From assembly GCA_946617655.1 (NCBI GenBank), contig CAMOKL010000004.1, positions 7,086 through 71,085 on the forward strand: 64,000 nt of DNA. Direction: 5' to 3'. The notes beneath the pieces were generated by a model. It had not been told where the DNA came from and did not search any database. It saw only the letters and a list, made by a program, of their open reading frames with translations. A program made the translations under genes and the position numbers. Each line of letters opens with the position of its first letter. The stretch's first letter is position 1. The stretch is from an uncultured Bacillales bacterium. Lineage in GTDB: Bacteria; Bacillota_I; Bacilli_A; Acholeplasmatales; Anaeroplasmataceae. This document shows positions 1 to 9,566 of the stretch, piece after piece.

Positions 1-309
1 TTATACTCCCCTATCAATAAATTGATAAATGGCCATTATTTCCTTCCATTCATTTTTAAATTCATTGATCCTCTCAATTCCTTTTTCTGTAATATGATAA
101 TACTTCCTTACTCGTCCTTCATATAAAGTACTTTTTACTAAAAGCATTTTTGCTTCCTCTAATCTTTTAAGAATAGTGTAAAGCGTCGATTCTGATAATT
201 TTAACACTGGACTTACGTCCTTTATTATCTTATACCCATAAGAATCTTCATTCCTTATAGCTGCAAGCACACATACATCAAGGACACCTCTTTTTAATTG
301 TGCATCCAT
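1..309 (-). CDS. PadR-family transcriptional regulator
   Basis: Contains LKRGVLDVCVLA...SYGYKI...ESTLYTILKRLE...RKYYHITEKG, a PadR wHTH pattern. ATG at 309 follows a GAGGT RBS; the ORF track starts at GTG 321. Confidence 0.88.
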   Translation of the reverse strand: MDAQLKRGVLDVCVLAAIRNEDSYGYKIIKDVSPVLKLSESTLYTILKRLEEAKMLLVKSTLYEGRVRKYYHITEKGIERINEFKNEWKEIMAIYQFIDRGV

Positions 310-490
310 AACATACCTCACTTTACGCTATACATCATATCACGAGGTATAAAGAGTGTCAATACCTTTTTGAAAAACTTTTTTAATATAAATCTATGAT
401 TTATAAAAAACAAAAAGGTAGGAACAATCGAAACTATCCCTACCAAATTTTAAAAATTTTAGCGTTTTATTACTGCCCTATTAATTCATA

Positions 491-3400
491 TTATTCTTCT
501 TCATTAATTGGAATTAAGCTTAATTCTAGCTTATATGAATCATAATCAACACCAATTACATATACATGTACTAAATCACCTACATGTAATACATCATTAG
601 GATCATAAACTCTTTCTTTACTCATTCTTGAGATATGAATTAAACCATCATGCTTAATACCTAAATCAACGAACGCACCAAAAGGTTGAATTCTTCTTAC
701 AATACCATCAAATTCCATTCCTGATTTAATATCATTAAAGCTTATTATTGTTTTAGGGTCTACTAATGATAATTGAATCTTTTTCTTTTGGATATCTATT
801 TCTTTTATATAGCATTCAATATCTTGATTTAATTTAACAATAGTATTAGGATCATCAACACCAAATTTAGACATATTTGATTTATGAAGTAATCCATCAA
901 GTCCATATCCTAAGTCTAAGAATGCACCATAAGCTTCAATTTGCCTTACGTGACCTAAAATCTTATCTCCTACCTTAAGGTCTTCAATTCTTATTACATC
1001 CTTAGGGTTAATCAATGATAAATCAATTTTCTTTTTCTTATAATCAACATCTAAGATATAGCAATGTACTTTATCACCAATCTTAATGAATTTATTAATA
1101 TCTAAAATTCTATCTTTAGATAAATTTTCTATAAATATTAATCCTTGTTCATCAATTCCTAAGTCTACAAATGCACCATAATTTGTTACATTTGAAATAA
1201 CACCATCAACTTCTTCACCCTTTTTAAAATCATTAATTGTTTTGAATAAAGAAGGTAATACAAGTGATAAATCAATTTTTTCATTCTTCTTATCAATAGA
1301 TAAAATATAGCATTCAACCATTTGATTTGGCTTTAATAATTCTTCTGCAGTACCCTTTCTATCAACATTTAAGCATGAATTATGTACAAATCCATCCTTA
1401 GATACTCCAAGGTCAATAAATGCGCCATAAGGTGCAATATTATGTACTTTTCCTAAAACCTTATCGCCAACATTTAAATCAGTAATCTTAATTCTTTTTT
1501 TAGGATCTACTAATGATAATTCAATCTTTTCATTTTCTTTATCAATAGATAAAATATATACTTCTAGCTTATCATTTAGCTTAACAAAGTTATTTGGATC
1601 ATATACACTATAATAATCCATATCCTTCATATGAAGTAATGCTTGTTTCTTTAAGCCTAAGTCTATAAAAGCTCCATAATTTGTAATGTTTTTAACAATA
1701 CCAAATACCTTATCTCCAACCTTTAAGTCAGAAATTTCTTTGATATTTTCGTTTATTACTTCTTTTTCAGGAACAACTGGCTTAACCTTAGGATCAATCA
1801 TAGAAAGCTCCATTTTATGCTTATCATAATCAATTCCAATAACCCATACATGAACATTATCACCAACTGATACTAAATCTGTTGGATGTTCAATTCTTTT
1901 CTTAGACATATTAGAAATATGTACTAATCCATCATATTTAACATAGCAATCAACGAAGCAACCAAAATCAACAACGTTTCTTACAACACCATCAAGTTCA
2001 TCTCCAACCTTAATATCTTCAAAGTGCATAATATCACTTCTTAGCTTTGGACCTGGATAAGATTCACGAATATCTCTTGTTGGTGCAACAAATGAATCTA
2101 AGATATCATTAAATGTGTATGAATCAATATTAAGATTCTTTTCCATTTCTTCTCTATTGATTGCCGAAACCTTATCTTTTAATTCTTTTGTACCAAGCAT
2201 ATCTGGTGTTGCGTTAATAGATGATAAAATCATTTGAGCCTTATCATAAGATTCTGGATGAATAGATGTTTGGTCAAATGGATTTGAACCATCTAATATT
2301 CTTAAGAAACCAACACATTGTTCATATGTTTTAGGTCCCATTTTAGCAACCTTCATTAATTCTTCTCTTGTATAGAATCTCTTGTTTACTTCACGATATT
2401 TTACAATATTCTTAGCTATAGCCTTAGAAAGTCCTGATACATATTGTAATAATGATACTGATGCAGTATTTAGGTTAACACCTACTCTATTTACAGCATC
2501 AACTACAACATTATCAAGTGATTCAGATAACTTCTTTGGTGTAACATCATGCTGATATTGACCAACACCAATAGATTTAGGATCAATTTTTACAAGCTCA
2601 GCTAGCGGATCTTGAATACGTCTTGCGATAGAAATAGCACTACGCTTTTCAACTGTTAAATCAGGGAATTCTTCAATTGCAAGTTCAGATGCACTATAAA
2701 CTGATGCACCAGCCTCTGATACAATTACATACTTACATGGTAAGTTATTCTTATTAATAACATCAGCAATAAATGCTTCAGTTTCTCTTGATGCAGTACC
2801 ATTACCTATTGCGATAATATCAACATTATATTTCTTGCATAAAGAAACAACAGTTTTTTCACTTTGTTCTAAATCTTCAAGTGATACTTCTTTACCCTTT
2901 GCTCTTTCTGTTGGATAAATAACACCAATTTCTTCCATATTTGATGATGGAGATACAACTGCAAGCTTGCATCCTGTTCTAAACGCAGGGTCAACACCTA
3001 ATACAGTTTTACCTTTAATAGGTGCTTCTAATAATAATGCTTTTAGGTTTAACGCAAAAATTTTAATTGCTTGTTCTTCAGCATTATCAGTTAAAATACC
3101 TCTAATTTCTCTTTCAACAGATGGTTCAATTGACTTTTCATAGCTTAGCTTACAAGCCTGTTCAACTTCTAATCTAAATAAAGAATCTTTATCTAAAGTA
3201 TATTTAGATACTAAATAATTAACGTTATTTTGATCATCTAAATCCATAGATACATTAATAACATCTTCATTTTCAGCACGATTTATTGCAAGTACTCTAT
3301 GAGGTTTAATCTTAGATACTTGTTCATTTGAATCATAATATAATTGATACTTTTCTTCAGGGTCATTATCATTCTTCTTTTTCTTACAGAAAAGAATACC

Positions 3401-3961
3401 ATTTTGTAATCCTTTTGTTCTAATATATTCTCTTACAGTTGCATCATCACTAATACGTTCTGCAATAATATATTGTGCACCCTTAATTGCATCTTCATGT
3501 GTTAATACATTCTCATTTAAATAGCTATCTAATATTTCATTTCTATTTCCATCAGTATGTAATTCAAGCATGTAATCAGCTAATGGTGATAGACCATTAT
3601 TAATTGCATCTGTAGCCTTTGTTTTCTTCTTTTCCTTATAAGGACGATATAAATCTTCAACAGTAATTAATTTAGTTGCAGACATAATTTGTTCTTTTAA
3701 TTCAGGTGTTAACATACCCTTTTCTTCAATTAATCTGCATACATCATCTTTTCTCTTAGAAAGATTTACTTCGTATTGATATCTATCGTTAATCTTTCTA
3801 ATTTCTTCTTCGTCTAATCCTCCTGTTGCTTCTTTACGATATCTTGCGATAAAAGCAACAGTTTTATCTTCAGCAAGTAAATCTAATACTTGCTTAATAG
3901 CTTTTTCTCCTACGTTTAATTCTAAAGATATTTCCTTTAATACTTTTTCATTTAATTCCAT
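491..3961 (-). CDS. tex: Tex-family RNA-binding protein with six C-terminal S1 domains
   Basis: Tex N-terminus (FIARYRKEATGGLDE), YqgF-like domain (LGVDPAFRTGCKLA, IAIGNGTASRE), HhH motif (GVNLNTAS), then six G-x-V...(Y/F)G(A/C)F(V/I/L)D...LS repeats. Confidence 0.92.
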   Translation of the reverse strand: MELNEKVLKEISLELNVGEKAIKQVLDLLAEDKTVAFIARYRKEATGGLDEEEIRKINDRYQYEVNLSKRKDDVCRLIEEKGMLTPELKEQIMSATKLITVEDLYRPYKEKKKTKATDAINNGLSPLADYMLELHTDGNRNEILDSYLNENVLTHEDAIKGAQYIIAERISDDATVREYIRTKGLQNGILFCKKKKNDNDPEEKYQLYYDSNEQVSKIKPHRVLAINRAENEDVINVSMDLDDQNNVNYLVSKYTLDKDSLFRLEVEQACKLSYEKSIEPSVEREIRGILTDNAEEQAIKIFALNLKALLLEAPIKGKTVLGVDPAFRTGCKLAVVSPSSNMEEIGVIYPTERAKGKEVSLEDLEQSEKTVVSLCKKYNVDIIAIGNGTASRETEAFIADVINKNNLPCKYVIVSEAGASVYSASELAIEEFPDLTVEKRSAISIARRIQDPLAELVKIDPKSIGVGQYQHDVTPKKLSESLDNVVVDAVNRVGVNLNTASVSLLQYVSGLSKAIAKNIVKYREVNKRFYTREELMKVAKMGPKTYEQCVGFLRILDGSNPFDQTSIHPESYDKAQMILSSINATPDMLGTKELKDKVSAINREEMEKNLNIDSYTFNDILDSFVAPTRDIRESYPGPKLRSDIMHFEDIKVGDELDGVVRNVVDFGCFVDCYVKYDGLVHISNMSKKRIEHPTDLVSVGDNVHVWVIGIDYDKHKMELSMIDPKVKPVVPEKEVINENIKEISDLKVGDKVFGIVKNITNYGAFIDLGLKKQALLHMKDMDYYSVYDPNNFVKLNDKLEVYILSIDKENEKIELSLVDPKKRIKITDLNVGDKVLGKVHNIAPYGAFIDLGVSKDGFVHNSCLNVDRKGTAEELLKPNQMVECYILSIDKKNEKIDLSLVLPSLFKTINDFKKGEEVDGVISNVTNYGAFVDLGIDEQGLIFIENLSKDRILDINKFIKIGDKVHCYILDVDYKKKKIDLSLINPKDVIRIEDLKVGDKILGHVRQIEAYGAFLDLGYGLDGLLHKSNMSKFGVDDPNTIVKLNQDIECYIKEIDIQKKKIQLSLVDPKTIISFNDIKSGMEFDGIVRRIQPFGAFVDLGIKHDGLIHISRMSKERVYDPNDVLHVGDLVHVYVIGVDYDSYKLELSLIPINEEE

Positions 3962-3987
3962 TTTTAATTCTCCTAATTTTATTAAAA

Positions 3988-4011
3988 ATAGAGGTCTTTC
4001 TGGACCTCTAT
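3988..4011 (-). terminator. Intrinsic terminator hairpin
   Basis: ATAGAGGTC-6nt-GACCTCTAT inverted repeat with A/T tracts on both sides. Confidence 0.65.
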
Positions 4012-4035
4012 ATTTTTACAACTTATATTCTTTTA

Positions 4036-5259
4036 TTAGTATGTAACAGTTATAGATTTAAGTGTATCTTCGCCAGTGAAATTTAATACAATTGTTGTCT
4101 TAACAGATAATTCTAATTCAACTTTTTTAGAACCTGTAACGCCTGTCTTAGTTGCGTTATATTTGAAATTACCATTTTCTGTTTCAATAACTACCTTAGC
4201 ACCACGTACTACAACAAATCTAACTTCTATGCCAGCTGTTACAGCATGACCTGTTTCATTTGATTTAAATGAAGAACCATCAGCTAATGCAGTAATTGTT
4301 ATACCATTATTCTTATAGCTTTGATCACCATATTCTAATGATACTTCGCCATAATCACCATTATTACCAAATTCAAATGTATAATCTTCATCAACTACAT
4401 TTTCAGTTTCATTTTCGAATCCTAAATTAATATACTTAGCTGAATTTGAAATAGGTGTTATTAATTCATTATAATCATTAACTCCATATAAAGATAAACC
4501 AACCTTGCTTGAATTATCCTTATCATATTCAATATATTCTTCACCCTTATAGCCTGAGAATGCTCTAATTAAGCCTTCACTTGCATTATGATAACTAAAT
4601 AAAGGACCTGTAATAGTCTCTTCATCTTCATCATCAGATGATGAAATATAAACAAATGATGAGTCAGAATAGATTAATGAGTTGTTATTAGCAAAATTTT
4701 TATTATGACCGTTGCCAGTCTTATTTTCTTGTGTATTACCAGTATCTACAATATATAATGCAGCTTTCTTATCAGTTGCATTCTTATTATATGCATCAAT
4801 AATAGCTTGTAATTCGATTAATGAATTAAATACTGTTTCATGAGTTTTAACCTTTAAATCATCATCATAATCTCCATCGCCATCAGTATCATCCATTAAT
4901 TCCTTTGGATAAAATGTTGATAAGTCTGCAGCAAATACGAAAATATGTTCAACTACAATTTCTGCATCTTGGTATGTATGTAGCTTTACTTGTGCATAAC
5001 TTGCCTTAGTGAATGTTACATCTTCACCATCTTTAGATTTATAAGTTTGTGCGAAATAATCTTCAACATAAACTTCCTTAGTTTTATTTAAATTATTATA
5101 TATTATTATTCCTGCTGTAATTCCTGCTGCAACAAGTAATACTGCTGCAACAATTATCCAGAATAATTTTTTACGTAAGAATCCAAAGCTGCTCTTTAAT
5201 CTTCTTTTACGGCCGCCTTTAGTTTCGACTTTTCTTACAACTCTAGCCAAGAAAATCAT
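4036..5259 (-). CDS. Membrane-anchored extracellular hypothetical protein
   Basis: Basic N-terminus, one hydrophobic helix (FWIIVAAVLLVAAGITAGIIIY), then a polar beta-rich ectodomain containing DDTDGDGDYDDD. Confidence 0.7.
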   Translation of the reverse strand: MIFLARVVRKVETKGGRKRRLKSSFGFLRKKLFWIIVAAVLLVAAGITAGIIIYNNLNKTKEVYVEDYFAQTYKSKDGEDVTFTKASYAQVKLHTYQDAEIVVEHIFVFAADLSTFYPKELMDDTDGDGDYDDDLKVKTHETVFNSLIELQAIIDAYNKNATDKKAALYIVDTGNTQENKTGNGHNKNFANNNSLIYSDSSFVYISSSDDEDEETITGPLFSYHNASEGLIRAFSGYKGEEYIEYDKDNSSKVGLSLYGVNDYNELITPISNSAKYINLGFENETENVVDEDYTFEFGNNGDYGEVSLEYGDQSYKNNGITITALADGSSFKSNETGHAVTAGIEVRFVVVRGAKVVIETENGNFKYNATKTGVTGSKKVELELSVKTTIVLNFTGEDTLKSITVTY

Positions 5260-5347
5260 CTCCTGTTAAATAAATATCGTTGTTATTTTACCATAAAAAC
5301 GCTATTTGTACAATAAATTTATTGTGTTTATTTCAAATGAAAAATAA

Positions 5348-5370
5348 TAAGGAGCATTTGACGCTCCTTA
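5348..5370 (-). terminator. Intrinsic terminator after whiA
   Basis: TAAGGAGC-7nt-GCTCCTTA inverted repeat followed by a T-rich tract on the minus strand. Confidence 0.7.
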
Positions 5371-5374
5371 CTAG

Positions 5375-6304
5375 TTAATCTTGATTATTTCCCATAAATT
5401 CAATCGCAATTTCTTTTAATCTTTTTAGTCTATGATTCAAACCTGATTTAGATAAATTTGGTTCGTATTCATCATGAATAATATCTAATAATTCTTGCAA
5501 TGAATCTTCTTGATGTTCAAGTCTTACTTTCATTACCATTAAAAGCTTATTATCAAGTTCTCCTAATGGATAATTCATGTATAAATAATTCAAATATTTT
5601 ATTTGTTCTTTTGCTGCATTATTTGTTTTATTTTGATTTGCAATATCTAAATTAATAGTTCTTTTAGCGGTTGCTTTAATTTCTTTTGTAATTAACGCAT
5701 CCTCATAATATGTCATCTTTTCTTGAGCACCTATATGATATAAGAAATCACCTATAGCTTGTTCCTTTTTAATATATGCTAAATAATAAAGCTTTCTTTT
5801 AGAAATTCTTGCATCCAATTCAAAATCATTCATTAGCTTTTGAATAAATAATATTTCATTATCATTAGTAGAAGAAATTTCTAAATGAGATGATTTAGAA
5901 TAGGGATCATTAACACTACCTCTTACTAAGAATGCACCACGTAAGTATGCTTCTTTCATTTCCTGTGTTAAATCAACTCTATATTTAGATTCCTTATTTA
6001 ATAAAGATAAGTCATCTATTATTTCTCTTACACCATCTTTTATTGTTATTGTATATACCTTTTTAGAATCAAATCGTTTAATAACACGTTCTATTAATTC
6101 ATATTCAAATTTATAAAACTTTTTTAATAATTGTATAAATCTTCTTACTGCGCCAATAGAATTGAAGCTTACTAGTAAAGACAAAGGGATAATTGATATT
6201 TCACCTGCAAGTCTAATCATTGCTTCGATTTCTAATCGATTTGCATTATCATCTTTTATATCAACATTTAATAAATCATCCTTTAAATCTGTACTAAAGC
6301 TCAT
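5375..6304 (-). CDS. whiA: DNA-binding protein WhiA
   Basis: AYLRGAFLVRGSVNDP LAGLIDADG-like core, N-x-DIAN-xx-K motif and C-terminal HTH (LSKSGLNHRLKRL). Confidence 0.9.
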   Translation of the reverse strand: MSFSTDLKDDLLNVDIKDDNANRLEIEAMIRLAGEISIIPLSLLVSFNSIGAVRRFIQLLKKFYKFEYELIERVIKRFDSKKVYTITIKDGVREIIDDLSLLNKESKYRVDLTQEMKEAYLRGAFLVRGSVNDPYSKSSHLEISSTNDNEILFIQKLMNDFELDARISKRKLYYLAYIKKEQAIGDFLYHIGAQEKMTYYEDALITKEIKATAKRTINLDIANQNKTNNAAKEQIKYLNYLYMNYPLGELDNKLLMVMKVRLEHQEDSLQELLDIIHDEYEPNLSKSGLNHRLKRLKEIAIEFMGNNQD

Positions 6305-6306
6305 TA

Positions 6307-7953
6307 TTATTCACCAACTATATTAATTATTTCAGTAAGCTTATTAATTACATAATCAGGCTTAGCTTCAAGCATTATACTTGGATCTTTTATATATAAT
6401 ACACCACACGCCTTAATATTTGCGTTATGTGCGGCTTTTATATCATTTAGAGTATCTCCAACATATATTGCATGATAATCTTCTTTTTTGATTAATTTAT
6501 CATCATTTGAAGATTCACTATTTTCTTCCTCTTTATTATTTTCATCATTTGAAGTATCCTCTTCAACTTCATTATTAGTATCTAAATCTGCTTCTAAAGA
6601 TGCTTTTATTGCTTCATTTTTAGCATCAATTAATTGATCAATTGCACTAAAAATACCTTCTGGTGATGGTTTAGGTTCAGTTATTTCTTCTTCACCAATA
6701 ATGACATCAACATATTGTAATAATTTAAAATATTCTAATCCATGAGATACCATATCGCTTTTCTTTGATGATACAATCGCAATATCATATCCCTTTTGCT
6801 TTAATTGCTTTAATGTTTCCTTTGCACCAGGGAACACCTTTGCATATTCATCATGATGCTCTTTATTATATTCTCTATAATATGCAATCATTTCAGTTAT
6901 TTCTTCTTCACTTTCACTATATCTAGAAAAAGTTTCTTTTAATGTTGGTCCAAAGAATGAATCAACCTCACTGTCACTTAAAATATATCCTGGACGGAAT
7001 TTTTCAAATGTATGAACAAATGTTTTAGTAATTAATTCCTTTGTATCAAGTAATGTACCATCTAAATCAAATATAACTGCATCAAAATGATTCTTTTTTG
7101 TTGCTTTAACATCTTCAATATAATAATCCTGTGGACCAAAGAATCTTTTTGCAACTAAGAATGCTATACCAGATATTATAAACAATACTGATAAAGCTAA
7201 AGATACAGGGATAGGTCCTAACATTAAAGGATCACCCTTTGCACCATATAATCTTAATGATTCAGTTAAGCATCTAACAAGACCATACCAAATTAGGTAT
7301 AAGCCTATCATATCTCCTCTTCTTAGCTTCTTAAACTTTCTTCTTAAAACCATCATTAATCCTGCACCAAGTAAGCATAATGATGATTCATATAAGAATA
7401 CAGGATGATGATATGCACCATCAATCCACATATTATCAGCAAGGAATGGGAACCATTTAATTGCATCTGCTGCAATTACAGGTCCATATAATTCATGGTT
7501 GAAGAAATTACCCCATCTACCAAATGCTTGTGCAACTAAAATACCAGGCATTGTAATATCAAATACCTTATAAATACTAATACCTTTAAATCTAGATAAT
7601 CCAATTAAAGTTGCAACAGCACCGATAATACCACCTTGTATTGCAAGGCCAGATAATCCTGTGAATTCTCCATTCTTAAATCCTAATACCTCTCCAAAAT
7701 TAGAGAAACTTGATATATTAAATAATACATACCAAATTCTTGCACATACTATCGCAACAGGTATTGTTATTACTGCAAAAAAGTAAACATCATCTGATGA
7801 TATTCCAACTCTTTTTGCTTCTCTTAATACTAAATACATACCAACAACAATACCAGTTAAAATACATAATGCGTAAAACGCAATAGTAAATGGACCGATA
7901 TTAAATGTAGATGGTACTACTAAATTAGAATTTAATAGTTCTTGTAAAAACAT
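6307..7953 (-). CDS. lgt: Prolipoprotein diacylglyceryl transferase fused to a HAD-family (PpaX-like) phosphatase
   Basis: Lgt motifs (GLAIQGG, QAFGRWGNFFNHELYG, HPVFLYES) followed in frame by HAD motifs FDLDGTL, VSSK, KPSP and YVGDTLNDIKAA. Confidence 0.92.
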   Translation of the reverse strand: MFLQELLNSNLVVPSTFNIGPFTIAFYALCILTGIVVGMYLVLREAKRVGISSDDVYFFAVITIPVAIVCARIWYVLFNISSFSNFGEVLGFKNGEFTGLSGLAIQGGIIGAVATLIGLSRFKGISIYKVFDITMPGILVAQAFGRWGNFFNHELYGPVIAADAIKWFPFLADNMWIDGAYHHPVFLYESSLCLLGAGLMMVLRRKFKKLRRGDMIGLYLIWYGLVRCLTESLRLYGAKGDPLMLGPIPVSLALSVLFIISGIAFLVAKRFFGPQDYYIEDVKATKKNHFDAVIFDLDGTLLDTKELITKTFVHTFEKFRPGYILSDSEVDSFFGPTLKETFSRYSESEEEITEMIAYYREYNKEHHDEYAKVFPGAKETLKQLKQKGYDIAIVSSKKSDMVSHGLEYFKLLQYVDVIIGEEEITEPKPSPEGIFSAIDQLIDAKNEAIKASLEADLDTNNEVEEDTSNDENNKEEENSESSNDDKLIKKEDYHAIYVGDTLNDIKAAHNANIKACGVLYIKDPSIMLEAKPDYVINKLTEIINIVGE

Positions 7954-7959
7954 ATAATA

Positions 7960-8892
7960 CTACTCCTTATTTGAAGCCTTAACATTAACCTTGTTAACAA
8001 ATTCTAAGGCTGAATTATAACCCATTAGCTTTAATTTTTCATTCATTGCGGCAGACTCTACTAACAATGAAACACTACGTCCTGCAAGAACTGGAATAGT
8101 AACTTTTGCGATTTCAGTATTAAAATATTTAACTTTTTCTGAATCTAGACCTAATCTATCGTAATATTTGCTTTCATCCCATTTTTGTAATTCAACAACA
8201 AGCTTAATTGCCTTTTTACTACGATAAGCACCAGCACCAAACATTTTAACAACATCAACAATACCGATACCTCTAATCTCCATATAACGCTTTAATATTT
8301 CAGGAGATTCACCAACAAGGTTACCTGGTTCTTTTTCTAATATTTCAACTAAATCATCTGCAATTAACTGATGACCTCTTTTAATTAAATCTAAGGCAGT
8401 TTCAGACTTACCAATACCACTCTTACCTATAATTAATGTACCCATACCATTAATATCCAATAATGTACCATGAACTGATAATCTTTCAGATAACTTATCT
8501 TGTAAATATGAGAATAGCTTTGATGAAGTTTGAGTTGTTCTTAATCTTGAACGGAAAACTGCAATATGATACTTTTCTGCCATATCAATAAATATCTGAT
8601 TAATCTTAACGTTAATAGAAAAAACTAAGCATGGAGGATTTAAAGAAAATATCTTTTCCACATTCTTTTCTATAACATCTTTTGGTTCACTTTCTAAAAA
8701 TGATGCATCCTTAGAACCAATCAAACAGATTCTTGTGTTTTCAAAATAATCAAAGAATCCTGCAAACTCTAAGCCTGGTCTTGATACTTGATCTGATGTG
8801 ATTTTTGCATCAATACCTTCCTTACCTGCAATAAGCTCTAAGCTATTATCCTTAGCAAACTTATTGACTGATACATATAATTGTTCTGCCAT
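7960..8892 (-). CDS. hprK: HPr(Ser) kinase/phosphorylase
   Basis: VSRPGLE, HGTLLDINGMGTLIIGKSGIGKSETALDLIKRGHQLIADD and MEIRGIGI motifs. Confidence 0.97.
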   Translation of the reverse strand: MAEQLYVSVNKFAKDNSLELIAGKEGIDAKITSDQVSRPGLEFAGFFDYFENTRICLIGSKDASFLESEPKDVIEKNVEKIFSLNPPCLVFSINVKINQIFIDMAEKYHIAVFRSRLRTTQTSSKLFSYLQDKLSERLSVHGTLLDINGMGTLIIGKSGIGKSETALDLIKRGHQLIADDLVEILEKEPGNLVGESPEILKRYMEIRGIGIVDVVKMFGAGAYRSKKAIKLVVELQKWDESKYYDRLGLDSEKVKYFNTEIAKVTIPVLAGRSVSLLVESAAMNEKLKLMGYNSALEFVNKVNVKASNKE

Positions 8893-8901
8893 ATTAACCT
8901 C

Positions 8902-9471
8902 CTAAATATAATCAGATATTATATATTCTATAATTTCAGATAAAACATATCCAAAAATTAAATACAAAACACACGAGCTTGTTGTACTAAACACCTTAAA
9001 TACTGTTGCATTAATTAACGCAAACAATGTCATAATAAGTGCTAATACAATAAACTTTTTTATAATAAAAAGCATTATTCTTCCACGCATTTTAAAATAA
9101 ATATGCTTATATAAGAAAAATGTAGTGCTAATAACTAAGGATACTAAAAATAGCATAAATATATTATCTATAATTAAATCCAATGAGAAAAAGCCGAATA
9201 TTACAGTAGTTGATACATAAATTATAAAGAAAGAAAACATTTCCTTTAGTAATTCATTAAAATACCATCTCATATTTCTTTTAGGCTTACCTTTAGCTGA
9301 TGCTTGATAAAGCATTTCTACTAAATCATCTTGCATGTCTTTTGACATGTTTGGGTCTAAATCTAATAATGATTTTCTGATATTTTCTTTTTCACGCATT
9401 ATATCTTCAGGTGTCTTTTCTTTTTTCTTTCTTTTCTGTTTTGCATTTGGCTTTATGTCCTTTTGAGGCAT
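8902..9471 (-). CDS. Four-TM membrane hypothetical protein (position of YvlD-like holin-family gene)
   Basis: Charged N-terminus plus about four hydrophobic segments. Lies between uvrA and hprK, as YvlD does in the Bacillus gene order; the family call is uncertain. Confidence 0.55.
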   Translation of the reverse strand: MPQKDIKPNAKQKRKKKEKTPEDIMREKENIRKSLLDLDPNMSKDMQDDLVEMLYQASAKGKPKRNMRWYFNELLKEMFSFFIIYVSTTVIFGFFSLDLIIDNIFMLFLVSLVISTTFFLYKHIYFKMRGRIMLFIIKKFIVLALIMTLFALINATVFKVFSTTSSCVLYLIFGYVLSEIIEYIISDYI

Positions 9472-9541
9472 AATATCACCACTTTCAAAATACTTTATTA
9501 TTATATAATAATATTTTTAATAATACAAATTAATATGAAAA

Positions 9542-9560
9542 AAGCGAGTTAAACTCGCTT
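9542..9560 (-). terminator. Terminator after uvrA
   Basis: AAGCGAGT-3nt-ACTCGCTT inverted repeat with a T tract on the minus strand. Confidence 0.6.
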
Positions 9561-9566
9561 AATTAA

